NCBI GenBank assembly: GCA_029267465.1
Contig: JAJUIT010000003.1
Coordinates: 1-40,354, forward strand
Length of the DNA: 40,354 nucleotides
DNA from: Synergistaceae bacterium
GTDB taxonomy: Bacteria > Synergistota > Synergistia > Synergistales > 79-D21
Reading direction: 5' to 3'
Below the pieces are notes generated by a model. The model was not told the DNA's origin and did no database searches. It saw only the letters and a program-made list of their open reading frames with translations. This document shows positions 8,374-16,302 of the stretch, piece after piece. A program made the position numbers and the translations under genes. Numbering within the stretch: position 1 is the stretch's first letter; the number at the start of each line of letters is the position of its first letter.

Positions 8374-8874
8374 ATGAAGATCCAGGGGAAGGTCTGGAAA
8401 TACGGGGATGATGTGAACACGGACGTCATCTTCGCCGGGAAGTACACCTACACGATCAAGGATCGCGCCGAGATGGCCAAGGTCGCCCTGGAGGACCTGG
8501 ATCCGGAATTCACGAAAAACGCCCAGGCAGGCGACATCATCGTCGCCGGGAAGAACTGGGGATGCGGCTCCAGCCGCGAGCAGGCCGTCACCTGCCTGAA
8601 GGAGCGGGGCATCGGCGCCATCATCGCCAAGGGCTTCGCCCGGATCTACTACCGCAACTGCCTGAACGAGGGCCTGCCGATCATCGTGTCGCCCGAAGCC
8701 GTCGACGCGATCAACGCCGGCGAAACGGTGGAGATCGATTTCGACGCGAGCGAGATCAGGACCGCCGGCGGGAAGGTCTTCAAGTTCCCGCCCTACCCCG
8801 AGTTCGTCCGGGGCCTCATCGAGGACGGCGGGCTGATCCCCCACGTGAAAAAATCACTGGGAATTTCCAAGTAA
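8374..8874 (+). CDS. LeuD-type hydro-lyase small subunit, copy 2
   Basis: GDDVNTDVI, GKNWGCGSSREQA, FARIYYRN, GGLI. Confidence 0.93.
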   Translation: MKIQGKVWKYGDDVNTDVIFAGKYTYTIKDRAEMAKVALEDLDPEFTKNAQAGDIIVAGKNWGCGSSREQAVTCLKERGIGAIIAKGFARIYYRNCLNEGLPIIVSPEAVDAINAGETVEIDFDASEIRTAGGKVFKFPPYPEFVRGLIEDGGLIPHVKKSLGISK

Positions 8875-8880
8875 GCCCGA

Positions 8881-8905
8881 GGGCGCGGGGGGACCTCCCG
8901 CGCCC
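8881..8905 (+). other. Intercistronic GC-rich stem-loop without a U-tract
   Basis: GGGCGCGGG / CCCGCGCCC arms between small subunit 2 and the dehydrogenase. Confidence 0.55.
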
Positions 8906-8941
8906 CGTTGAAACCACCAATTCAAGGGAGGGTAAAGCCGT

Positions 8942-10192
8942 ATGGATATCCGCAACGTTCTGAGAGTGAAAGAGATCAAGCCCCGCTACAAGGTCGCGTA
9001 CATCCCCGGAGACGACTCCGGTTTCGATGTCATGGAAGGCGCCATGATCGTGCTCCAGGCCATGGACAAGGCGTTCGGCCTGCCGATCGACTGGGTGCGG
9101 GCCGACATGGGCTGGTGCATGTGGGCAAAATCCTGCCAGGAATATCCCGAAGGCGACCCGAGGCGCAACACGGTTCCCGAGGAAACGAAGCAGATCCTCC
9201 GGGAGAGCGACGCCGCCCTCATGGCCGCCATCACTTCGAAGGCCGGCGTGAAAGGTTTCAAGTCCGCCATCCTGCAGATGCGCCAGCTCTTTGACCTTTA
9301 CATCAACCTGCGTCCCGCAAAGTCAATGCCCGGGATCACCTGTCCCCTGAAAGGCGACCCGAAGATCGACATCGTCATGTTCCGCGAGAACACCGAGGAC
9401 CTCTACGCGGCCGTCGAGTTCCGACCGACCCCGAAGGAACACTTCGATATGCATCCCGGCATGGCCCGCTTCAAGGACAAGGAAGAAGTCGCCGTTTCCT
9501 GGAAGGTCTTCTCCAAGGAAGGCTGCGAGCGCATCATCCGCGCCGCCTTCGAGTACGCCAAGGCCACCGGCCGGACCAAGGTCGTCTGCGCCACCAAGGC
9601 CAACGTCATCCGCGCCACGGACGGCATGTTCAAGGAGATCTTCCTGAACATGGCGAAGGAATACCCTGAAATCCAGGCCATCGACGAGAACGCCGACGCC
9701 ACCGCCATGTGGCTCATCAAGAACCCCCAGGATTACCAGGTCATCGTTACGCCGAACGTCTTCGGGGACATCCTCTCCGACGAGGCCAGCCAGCTCGTTG
9801 GCGGTATGGGATTCGCCCCCAGCGGCAACATCGGGAAGGACTTCGCCCTCTTTGAACCCAGCCACGGTTCCGTGCCGAAGTACGCCCACCAGTACAAGAT
9901 CAACCCCTGCGGCCTTCTGAACGCCGCCACCATGATGCTCGAGTACCTCGGCCTCGAAGAGGCCGCCAGGAAGCTCGAGGCCGCAATCAGCGCGGTCCTC
10001 GTTGAAGGCAAGGACCTGACCTACGACGTGTTCCGCGACAACGGCGATCCGGACTGGGAGAAGAAGGCCGTCTCGACGCTCGACATGGCCCGTGCCATCG
10101 CCCGAAAGATCCTTCCGGACTACGACAAGCACGATGCCGAAATCTCCGCGAAAGCGAAGGAGATGTGCGCCTGGGAGCACCTGCCCCAGTAA
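8942..10192 (+). CDS. Isocitrate/homoisocitrate/isopropylmalate (beta-decarboxylating) dehydrogenase family protein
   Basis: MRQLFDLYINLRP, FRENTEDLY, KANV, NVFGDILSDEA, FEPSHGSVPKYA. GGGAGGG RBS. Confidence 0.93.
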   Translation: MDIRNVLRVKEIKPRYKVAYIPGDDSGFDVMEGAMIVLQAMDKAFGLPIDWVRADMGWCMWAKSCQEYPEGDPRRNTVPEETKQILRESDAALMAAITSKAGVKGFKSAILQMRQLFDLYINLRPAKSMPGITCPLKGDPKIDIVMFRENTEDLYAAVEFRPTPKEHFDMHPGMARFKDKEEVAVSWKVFSKEGCERIIRAAFEYAKATGRTKVVCATKANVIRATDGMFKEIFLNMAKEYPEIQAIDENADATAMWLIKNPQDYQVIVTPNVFGDILSDEASQLVGGMGFAPSGNIGKDFALFEPSHGSVPKYAHQYKINPCGLLNAATMMLEYLGLEEAARKLEAAISAVLVEGKDLTYDVFRDNGDPDWEKKAVSTLDMARAIARKILPDYDKHDAEISAKAKEMCAWEHLPQ

Positions 10193-10213
10193 GTGCGGCA
10201 TTAGCGGACCCCG

Positions 10214-10244
10214 AGGGGCCCACTGCGCCGCGGTGGGCCCCTTT
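10214..10244 (+). terminator. Stem-loop with a short U-tail (weak terminator or processing site) before citD
   Basis: AGGGGCCCACTGC / GCGGTGGGCCCCT (one G-U pair) followed by TT. Confidence 0.5.
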
Positions 10245-10281
10245 CGCATCGCAGAACGAAAACGCGAAGGAGGTTGCAACC

Positions 10282-10557
10282 ATGAAAACCGCACAGGCCG
10301 GAACCGTGGAATCCATGGACTGCCTTGTCACGGTTTCCGAAGCCGAGCCGGGTACGGGGCTTGTCCTCAACCTGGCCGGATCAAGCGTGGCCCGGTTCTC
10401 GAAGGCCATGGAAAAGGCTGTCCGCGAAACGCTTGAAGGCCTCGGGATCCGGGACCTGGCCGTCAGCGTGCAGGACAACGGGGCCCTGGACCTCGTTCTG
10501 AAGGCTCGGCTCGAAGCCGCGGTCGCCCGGCTGAAAGAAGGGGGCGAATCGGCATGA
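10282..10557 (+). CDS. citD: Citrate (or citramalate-type) lyase acyl carrier protein, gamma subunit
   Basis: AAGGAGG RBS, ATG 10282. AGTVESMD prosthetic-group Ser motif and DNGALDLVLKARLEAA. 91 aa. Confidence 0.9.
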   Translation: MKTAQAGTVESMDCLVTVSEAEPGTGLVLNLAGSSVARFSKAMEKAVRETLEGLGIRDLAVSVQDNGALDLVLKARLEAAVARLKEGGESA

Positions 10558-11441
10558 GGCTCCGCAGAACGATGCTCTACCTTCCCGGGAACAATCCCAA
10601 CATGCTTCTTCGCGGCCATCTTTTCGCTCCCGACGGGCTGATCCTGGATCTGGAAGACGCGGTCGCGGTCCGGGAGAAGGACGCGGCCCGCGTCCTGGTC
10701 AGGGACGTCCTGAAGCGCGGGGAGTTCGGCTCCTGCGAGGTCACCGTCCGAATCAACGGGCTGGACACCGAATACTGGAGAAAAGACCTGGAGATGCTGG
10801 TCCCGCTGGGCAGGCTGGACGGGGTGCGGGCTCCGAAGGTCGACGACGCCGCCACGGTCCGGCTCCTGGACGAAGCGCTCAGCGAGATCGAAGAGAAAGC
10901 CGGGATCGAGGTCGGCAGGATCAAGATTTTCTGCCTGCTCGAAACGGCGAAGGGGATCTTCAACACCTACGACATCGCCACGGCCTCTCCGCGAGTGGCG
11001 GCGGTCATCCCGGGAGGCGAGGACTTGACCGCAGACCTTCGCACAAACCGTTCTCCCGAGGGAACCGAGCTCGAAGGAATCCGCAGGTCCGTGATCGTGG
11101 CCGCCCGTGCTGCGGGCGTTGACGCCCTGGACACGGTGTTCCCGAGGATCACCGACGACGAGGGGCTGAGGCGGGAAACGGAATTCATCAAGCAGCTCGG
11201 CTTTGACGGAAAGAGCGTGATCCATCCGAACCAGATCCCGATTATCCACGACGTCTTCACTCCCACGGAAAAGGAGATCGAGCGGGCGCAGAAGATCGTG
11301 GCGGCCGCGAAGGAAGCCGCAGAACGAGGGCTGGGAGCCGTCCAGGTGGACGGACGGATGGTGGACGCCCCCGTGGTGAAGCGGGCTCTCTTCACGCTCA
11401 CCCGGGCGGGGCTCCTGGAGGAGGGAACCGAGCATGCCTAA
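10554..11441 (+). CDS. citE: Citrate lyase beta subunit (citryl-ACP lyase; HpcH/HpaI family)
   Basis: RRTMLYLPGNNP, ILDLEDAV, VRIN, LETAKG, GFDGKSVIHPNQI, GRMVDAPVV. ATGA overlap with citD. Confidence 0.92.
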   Translation: MRLRRTMLYLPGNNPNMLLRGHLFAPDGLILDLEDAVAVREKDAARVLVRDVLKRGEFGSCEVTVRINGLDTEYWRKDLEMLVPLGRLDGVRAPKVDDAATVRLLDEALSEIEEKAGIEVGRIKIFCLLETAKGIFNTYDIATASPRVAAVIPGGEDLTADLRTNRSPEGTELEGIRRSVIVAARAAGVDALDTVFPRITDDEGLRRETEFIKQLGFDGKSVIHPNQIPIIHDVFTPTEKEIERAQKIVAAAKEAAERGLGAVQVDGRMVDAPVVKRALFTLTRAGLLEEGTEHA

Positions 11442-12984
11442 AAACATCCTTGGACGCGAGATTCCAGAATTCATCGAAGGGTACGGGGAAACCCAACCCT
11501 TCATGGGAGCAAGTGCGCGAAAACCCGAGGGGAACAGGGCCGGCCCGAAACTTCGTGCAACTTTTGGCGACTGCACCAGCAAGGTCATCCCCGACCTGAA
11601 GGCCGCCATCGCCGCTTCCGGCCTGAAGAGCGGCATGACCGTGTCGTTCCACCACCACCTCCGTAACGGCGACTACGTGGTCAACGCCGTCATCGATGCC
11701 TGCGCCGAAATGGGCATCCGGGACCTGACCCTCTTCCCGACCGCCCTCTTCGGGGTTCACAAAAAATTGATCGAACACATCAAGAGCGGGGTCATCCGGC
11801 GGATCATGGGATCGGTCAATGGCCCGATCGGACAGATGGTTTCGGAGGGCGGGATGGACGTCCCCGTGGTCCTTCGCAGTCATGGAGGGCGTCCCAGGGC
11901 TGTCGTCTCGGGGGATGTGAAGATCGACGTGGCCTTCATTGCCGCACCCACCGCCGATGCCTACGGGAACATCTGCGGCTCCCAGGGGAAATCGGCCTGC
12001 GGCTCCCTTGGCTACGCCTTCACGGACGCGATGTACGCCGACTGCGTCGTGGCCGTGACGGACAACCTGGTCCCCTTCCCTGCCGCCCCGGTTTCCATCC
12101 CGCAATACTACGTCGATATCGTTGCCGTCATGGACAGCATCGGCGACCCGGCGGGCATCGTTTCCGGCACGACGAGAATCACCCGGGACCCCCTGCGCCT
12201 CCTGATTTCCAAGTACGCTTCCCGCCTGATCGAGGCCAGCCCCTACTTTAAGGACGGGATCAGCTTCCAGACCGGTGCCGGCGGCATTTCCCTTGCGGTC
12301 ACCGCATTCATGAAGGAAGCCATGAAAAAACGGGGAGTGCGGGGCAGCTTCGGTCTGGGCGGCATCACGGGGTACTTCGTGGACCTGCTCAAGGAAGGCT
12401 ACGTCGAGAAACTCATGGACGTCCAGTCCTTTGACCTCGAGGCCGTGAAATCCATCGCCGAGAACCCCAACCACATCGAGATTTCGGCTGACTGGTACGC
12501 TAACCCCTGGAACGCCGGAACGGCGGTCAACATGCTCGACGTGGTCATCCTGGGCGCCACGGAGATGGACCGGGACTTCAACGTCAACGTCAACACCGAG
12601 GCCGACGGCGCGCTGCTGCACGGGATCGGCGGACACCAGGACACCGCAGCGGGGGCCAAGCTCACCATCATCAGCCAGCCCCTGCTCCGGGGACGCATCC
12701 CCTGCGTGGTGGACAAGGTCTATTCGGTCACGACGCCCGGGGAAGTTGTGGATGCCCTGGTCACCGAGTACGGCGTCACGATCAACCCGCGGAGGCAGGA
12801 CCTCATCGACGCCTGCAAGGAGGCCGGGAACGTTCCCCTGGTCTCCATGGACGAACTCATCGCCCGGGCCCACGAGATGTGCGGACCCGCGGACCCCGTG
12901 GAAACGGAGGACCGCATCATCGGCGTCATCGAGTGGCGGGACGGAACGGTCATCGACGTCGTCCGGCAGTTGAAGAAAAAGTAA
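11434..12984 (+). CDS. citF: Citrate lyase alpha subunit (citrate:acetyl-ACP transferase)
   Basis: SFHHHLRNGD, RSHGGRPRA, CGSLGYA, SFQTGAGG, DVQSFD, GGHQDTA, EWRDGTVIDVV. Confidence 0.95.
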   Translation: MPKNILGREIPEFIEGYGETQPFMGASARKPEGNRAGPKLRATFGDCTSKVIPDLKAAIAASGLKSGMTVSFHHHLRNGDYVVNAVIDACAEMGIRDLTLFPTALFGVHKKLIEHIKSGVIRRIMGSVNGPIGQMVSEGGMDVPVVLRSHGGRPRAVVSGDVKIDVAFIAAPTADAYGNICGSQGKSACGSLGYAFTDAMYADCVVAVTDNLVPFPAAPVSIPQYYVDIVAVMDSIGDPAGIVSGTTRITRDPLRLLISKYASRLIEASPYFKDGISFQTGAGGISLAVTAFMKEAMKKRGVRGSFGLGGITGYFVDLLKEGYVEKLMDVQSFDLEAVKSIAENPNHIEISADWYANPWNAGTAVNMLDVVILGATEMDRDFNVNVNTEADGALLHGIGGHQDTAAGAKLTIISQPLLRGRIPCVVDKVYSVTTPGEVVDALVTEYGVTINPRRQDLIDACKEAGNVPLVSMDELIARAHEMCGPADPVETEDRIIGVIEWRDGTVIDVVRQLKKK

Positions 12985-13015
12985 GGGAAGAAGGAACGGA
13001 ACACCGGTGAAAAAC

Positions 13016-13049
13016 AGGGGGAGGCGGCGAACACCGCCTCCCCTTTCGT
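13016..13049. terminator. Probable bidirectional terminator between citF and the convergent CPBP gene
   Basis: GGGGAGGCGG / CCGCCTCCCC stem, A-run upstream and TTTCGTT downstream. Confidence 0.75.
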
Positions 13050-13583
13050 TCACGGGCGGGGGAAAAACCAGATCGCCCAGAGGTTGCCGAGAAAATGGTA
13101 AAGAATGGACGGAGCGATGTCCCCGTGTCTCAGCCGGAGCGCTCCCATGACCAGCCCCGGGAAGAAGGTGAGCAGGTAGAAGGGGTCGGACCGGAACACC
13201 AGGTGGGAGAGGGCAAAGAGGACCGAAGCGCCCAGGACGGCCAGCAACGGGGAAAGAACCCGGGCCAGCAGCGTCTGGACCCAGCCCCTGAAAAACACTT
13301 CCTCGGAAACCGCGGCAACAAGACCGGCAGAGGCGAAGGACACGACGACCCGGAAGGGCACGACCCGCGGCCAGTCCTGGGAGGGCCAGCCCACGAAAAC
13401 CGCCGCCGTCAGAGGAGCCAGGGTCAGGGTTGACGCGATCAACGACTCGGCGATCGCCCGCCTGCCGGGGCGCAGCGCCAGTCCGTATCGCTCAAGCGGT
13501 TCTTGCCGGGCCATGGCCCAGAGGTAGGGTCCGAACAGCATCACGGCCACGGCGACAAGAGGTCCAAGCATGCCCGGAATCAC
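13050..13583 (-). CDS. CPBP (Abi/CAAX) family glutamic intramembrane protease, myxosortase-like; candidate SYNERG-CTERM sorting enzyme
   Basis: Motifs SEEVFFRGWVQ, LFALSH, TFFPGLVMGALR, ILYHFLGN. Multiple TM segments. GTG start overlaps the stop of the Lgt-like gene. Confidence 0.85.
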   Translation of the reverse strand: MIPGMLGPLVAVAVMLFGPYLWAMARQEPLERYGLALRPGRRAIAESLIASTLTLAPLTAAVFVGWPSQDWPRVVPFRVVVSFASAGLVAAVSEEVFFRGWVQTLLARVLSPLLAVLGASVLFALSHLVFRSDPFYLLTFFPGLVMGALRLRHGDIAPSILYHFLGNLWAIWFFPRP

Positions 13584-14368
13584 CGGTTTTTCCTCCCCTC
13601 CCGGCTGCCAGCCCTGATTCGTGAAAGCGAGAATCCCAGCCAGAGAACGCCGAGCAGGAAAACCCCCAACCCCCAGGCCCTTGCCGAGGGCTCATCAAAA
13701 ACACCGTCCCCCCGGAACGGATCGACGACCAGGCGGACAAGCCCGTATCCGGCAAGAAATCCCGGCCAGAGGACCGCGACAGCAGGTCGTTCTTTTCCTG
13801 CAGAACCCAACTGGTTTTCGGTCCAGGCCAGAAGGGAAAGGAGCAGCACTCCCCCGGCCGATTCGTACAGCTCCGTCGGGTGCCTCAAGATCCCCGGGGG
13901 ATCGAAGGGGAAATGCACCGCCCAGGGCACCGCGGCCAGCTTCCCGTAGCAGCAGCCGTTCAAGAAGCACCCCCAGCGCCCCAGGGCAATGAGAGCCGCG
14001 GCCGGCAGGCTCGCGGCTTCAGCCAGGGACCAGAGGGGAATTTCCCTTTTCCTGAGAACAATCCAGGCCGTAAGCCCCCCGCCAAGGATGGCGGGAAGGG
14101 CGGAAAGTCCTCCTTCCCAGGGGCGCAGCAGCTTTTCCGGGTGCGCCGCGCTGGCCTCCCATTCAACCAGGATGTTTCCCAGGCGCGCCCAAACGAGGAT
14201 CCCCAGGAACCCCCAGAACAGGACAACGCGGACGTCCTCGTCTTCCAGACCGTAAAGCCGGACAGCACGCTTTCGGGTCCAGGTGAGGGCAAGCGCCAGG
14301 ACCAATGCCCAGATCACGGTATAGGTGTCGAGGACTGCGCTCCCCATCCTGAACAGCACTGGATGCAT
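13580..14368 (-). CDS. Prolipoprotein diacylglyceryl transferase (Lgt) family protein, atypical paralog
   Basis: Start reassigned to ATG 14368 (MHPVLF is a typical Lgt start; GGGGGGA RBS). WEGGLS, LGRWGCFLNGCCYG, RHPTELYE, YGLVRLVVDPFRGD. Confidence 0.88.
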   Translation of the reverse strand: MHPVLFRMGSAVLDTYTVIWALVLALALTWTRKRAVRLYGLEDEDVRVVLFWGFLGILVWARLGNILVEWEASAAHPEKLLRPWEGGLSALPAILGGGLTAWIVLRKREIPLWSLAEAASLPAAALIALGRWGCFLNGCCYGKLAAVPWAVHFPFDPPGILRHPTELYESAGGVLLLSLLAWTENQLGSAGKERPAVAVLWPGFLAGYGLVRLVVDPFRGDGVFDEPSARAWGLGVFLLGVLWLGFSLSRIRAGSREGRKNR

Positions 14369-14415
14369 CCGATCCCCCCAGGTCCAGCCGCGGAAAGTTT
14401 CGACCGGTGCGGATA

Positions 14416-14445
14416 TTGTACCCTTTTCCCGGGGAAGGCTATACT
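14416..14445 (+). promoter_or_regulatory. Putative promoter for the subtilase-T2SS operon, in the short divergent region shared with the lgt-like gene
   Basis: TTGTAC-18 bp-TATACT. The same DNA gives TACAAT on the - strand (14420-14415) as a possible -10 for lgt. Confidence 0.45.
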
Positions 14446-14487
14446 GAAACTTGGCAGGGAGTTCAGCTCGCCCCGGGAGGGATCGAT

Positions 14488-16302
14488 TTGCGACACTGTT
14501 CCATGAAAAGATTAACGGCATTGACGGTGGCGGTCGTTTGCCTTGTCTTCACCCTGGCGGCGTGGACCGGCTTTTCGAAAAGCGGAGATGCCGGGGAAAG
14601 ACTTCCCCGGGGAGCCTCGTTCGTCCCGGACGAAATCCTCGTCCAGCTCAAACCCGGCTACCGGCTGGAAACCGTGCTTTCAGCCCTCCCCATGCAGCTT
14701 GTCGCGGAGGAACCCGGGAAACCCGCACCTCGCGGCCTTGCGAGGCTGAAGATCCCGCGGGGAGAGACGGTCATGAACGCGGTATCGCTTCTGAAAGGGA
14801 AAGAAGGCGTCCTCTTCGCCCAGCCCAATTACGTCTACCGGGCCGCCGTTTTCCCGGACGACCCCAGCTACCCCAACCAATGGGCCCTTCCGAAAATCGG
14901 GGCCCCGACCGCCTGGGACCTGGCCACCGGCAGTTCGGACGTCCTCGTCGCCGTCCTCGACACGGGGGTTGACCTCAGCCACCCGGACCTTGCGGGCAAC
15001 CTCTGGACAAACCCGGATGAAATTCCCGGAGACGGCCTGGACAACGACGGCAACGGGTACGTCGACGACGTCCACGGCTGGAACTCGTCCGCCAATTCCG
15101 CGGATGTCCAGGACGATTTCGGGCACGGCACCCACGTCGCCGGAATCATCGGCGCCGTGGGCAACAATGGAACGGGCGTCGCCGGCGTGAACTGGAAAGT
15201 CGGGATCATCGCCGTCAAGGCAAACAAGGGGGACAGCTTCACCACGCTGGATCTCGCCAGGGGAACCGGCTACGTCACGGCCCTCAGGACGGGCAAGGGC
15301 CTGCCGATCGTGGCCGTCAACGCTTCCCTGGGAGCCGCCGTGTCCGAGGATCCCCTGCTGAACCAGGCCATCATAAATGCCGGCGAGGCAGGCATCCTTT
15401 TCGTCGCGGCTGCCGGCAACGACAACAGCGACAACGACCGGACGCCCTTCTACCCCTCCAGCCTGTTCAGGCCGAACGTGCTGTCGGTCGCCGCCACGGA
15501 CGAGAACGATGCCCTCGCGATCTTCAGCCTCCTCACTAACGAGGGCTCGAATTACGGACGACGGACCGTTCACCTTGGAGCCCCCGGCAAGTACATCGAG
15601 AGCACCTACTACTTCATAAGTACAAGCGCCGATACCCCGAGCGGTTATGAGAGACTAAGCGGGACCTCGATGGCGGCACCCCACGTGACCGGCATCCTGG
15701 CCCTCCTGAAGGCCCAGGATCCGAGCCGGGACTGGATCGCCCTGAAAAACAGGGTGCTTTCTACGGGAACCCCCTTGTCCGGCCTATCCTCGAAAACCAT
15801 AACGGGACGGCGCCTCCTGGCGGCCGGGGACGGTGCCTTAGGCGCCCTGACCGGAAGCGGCCAGACGGTGAAGTCCCGCCTTCGGCCCATCCCCGACAGC
15901 CTGGACCTGGAACAGGGAACGTCGCTGGACCTTGCCGCCCTGAACATCTCCGGGGAAGAATCCCTGGGGGACCTCCCCGTTTCGATCACCCGAAACGGAG
16001 CTTCCTACGGGACCCTCACCCTGAGGGACAACGGGACCGGGTTCGACCAGGCAGCGGGAGACGGGATCGCTTCCGCGACCTGGACGGTCCCCTCGTCGGC
16101 GAACAGCACCTACGTCTTCGCCTTCCCGGACGGGAACCTGACGGTGACGGTCGATCTCGCTGAAGAACCCCCCGCCCCGTCCGGCGGAGGCGGAGGGGGC
16201 GGCTGCAGCGCGGCCGGCGGCCTGGGACCGTTTTTCTTTCTCTGCATCCCAGCCGCACTCTTCGCCCTGAAAAGGAAGAAACCCGCGCCGCCTGACCGAT
16301 GA
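14488..16302 (+). CDS. S8 subtilisin-like serine protease with signal peptide, propeptide, C-terminal beta domain and Gly-rich/Cys C-terminal sorting tag (SYNERG-CTERM-like)
   Basis: GGGAGGG RBS before TTG 14488 (alternative ATG 14503). Triad VLDTG, HGTHVAG, GTSMAAPH; oxyanion AAAGN. LRDNG..DQAAGDG motif. Ends SGGGGGGGCSAAGGLGPFFFLCIPAALFALKRKK. Confidence 0.93.
   Translation: MRHCSMKRLTALTVAVVCLVFTLAAWTGFSKSGDAGERLPRGASFVPDEILVQLKPGYRLETVLSALPMQLVAEEPGKPAPRGLARLKIPRGETVMNAVSLLKGKEGVLFAQPNYVYRAAVFPDDPSYPNQWALPKIGAPTAWDLATGSSDVLVAVLDTGVDLSHPDLAGNLWTNPDEIPGDGLDNDGNGYVDDVHGWNSSANSADVQDDFGHGTHVAGIIGAVGNNGTGVAGVNWKVGIIAVKANKGDSFTTLDLARGTGYVTALRTGKGLPIVAVNASLGAAVSEDPLLNQAIINAGEAGILFVAAAGNDNSDNDRTPFYPSSLFRPNVLSVAATDENDALAIFSLLTNEGSNYGRRTVHLGAPGKYIESTYYFISTSADTPSGYERLSGTSMAAPHVTGILALLKAQDPSRDWIALKNRVLSTGTPLSGLSSKTITGRRLLAAGDGALGALTGSGQTVKSRLRPIPDSLDLEQGTSLDLAALNISGEESLGDLPVSITRNGASYGTLTLRDNGTGFDQAAGDGIASATWTVPSSANSTYVFAFPDGNLTVTVDLAEEPPAPSGGGGGGGCSAAGGLGPFFFLCIPAALFALKRKKPAPPDR

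Noticed and set aside
5267-10192. Annotation as a leucine biosynthesis operon (leuC/leuD/leuB)
   Set aside because: No leuA or ilv genes, no leader/T-box seen, duplicated pairs, an NADP-type dehydrogenase motif, and linkage to GntR and citDEF.
14369-14521. Longer starts given by the ORF track for the Lgt-like gene (14521) and the subtilase (14407)
   Set aside because: They would make the divergent genes overlap. The RBS positions and typical N-termini support 14368 and 14488/14503.
15600-15660. Locally AT-richer patch inside the subtilase gene
   Set aside because: Short, in frame, and in a variable loop before the catalytic Ser. No repeats or element ends.
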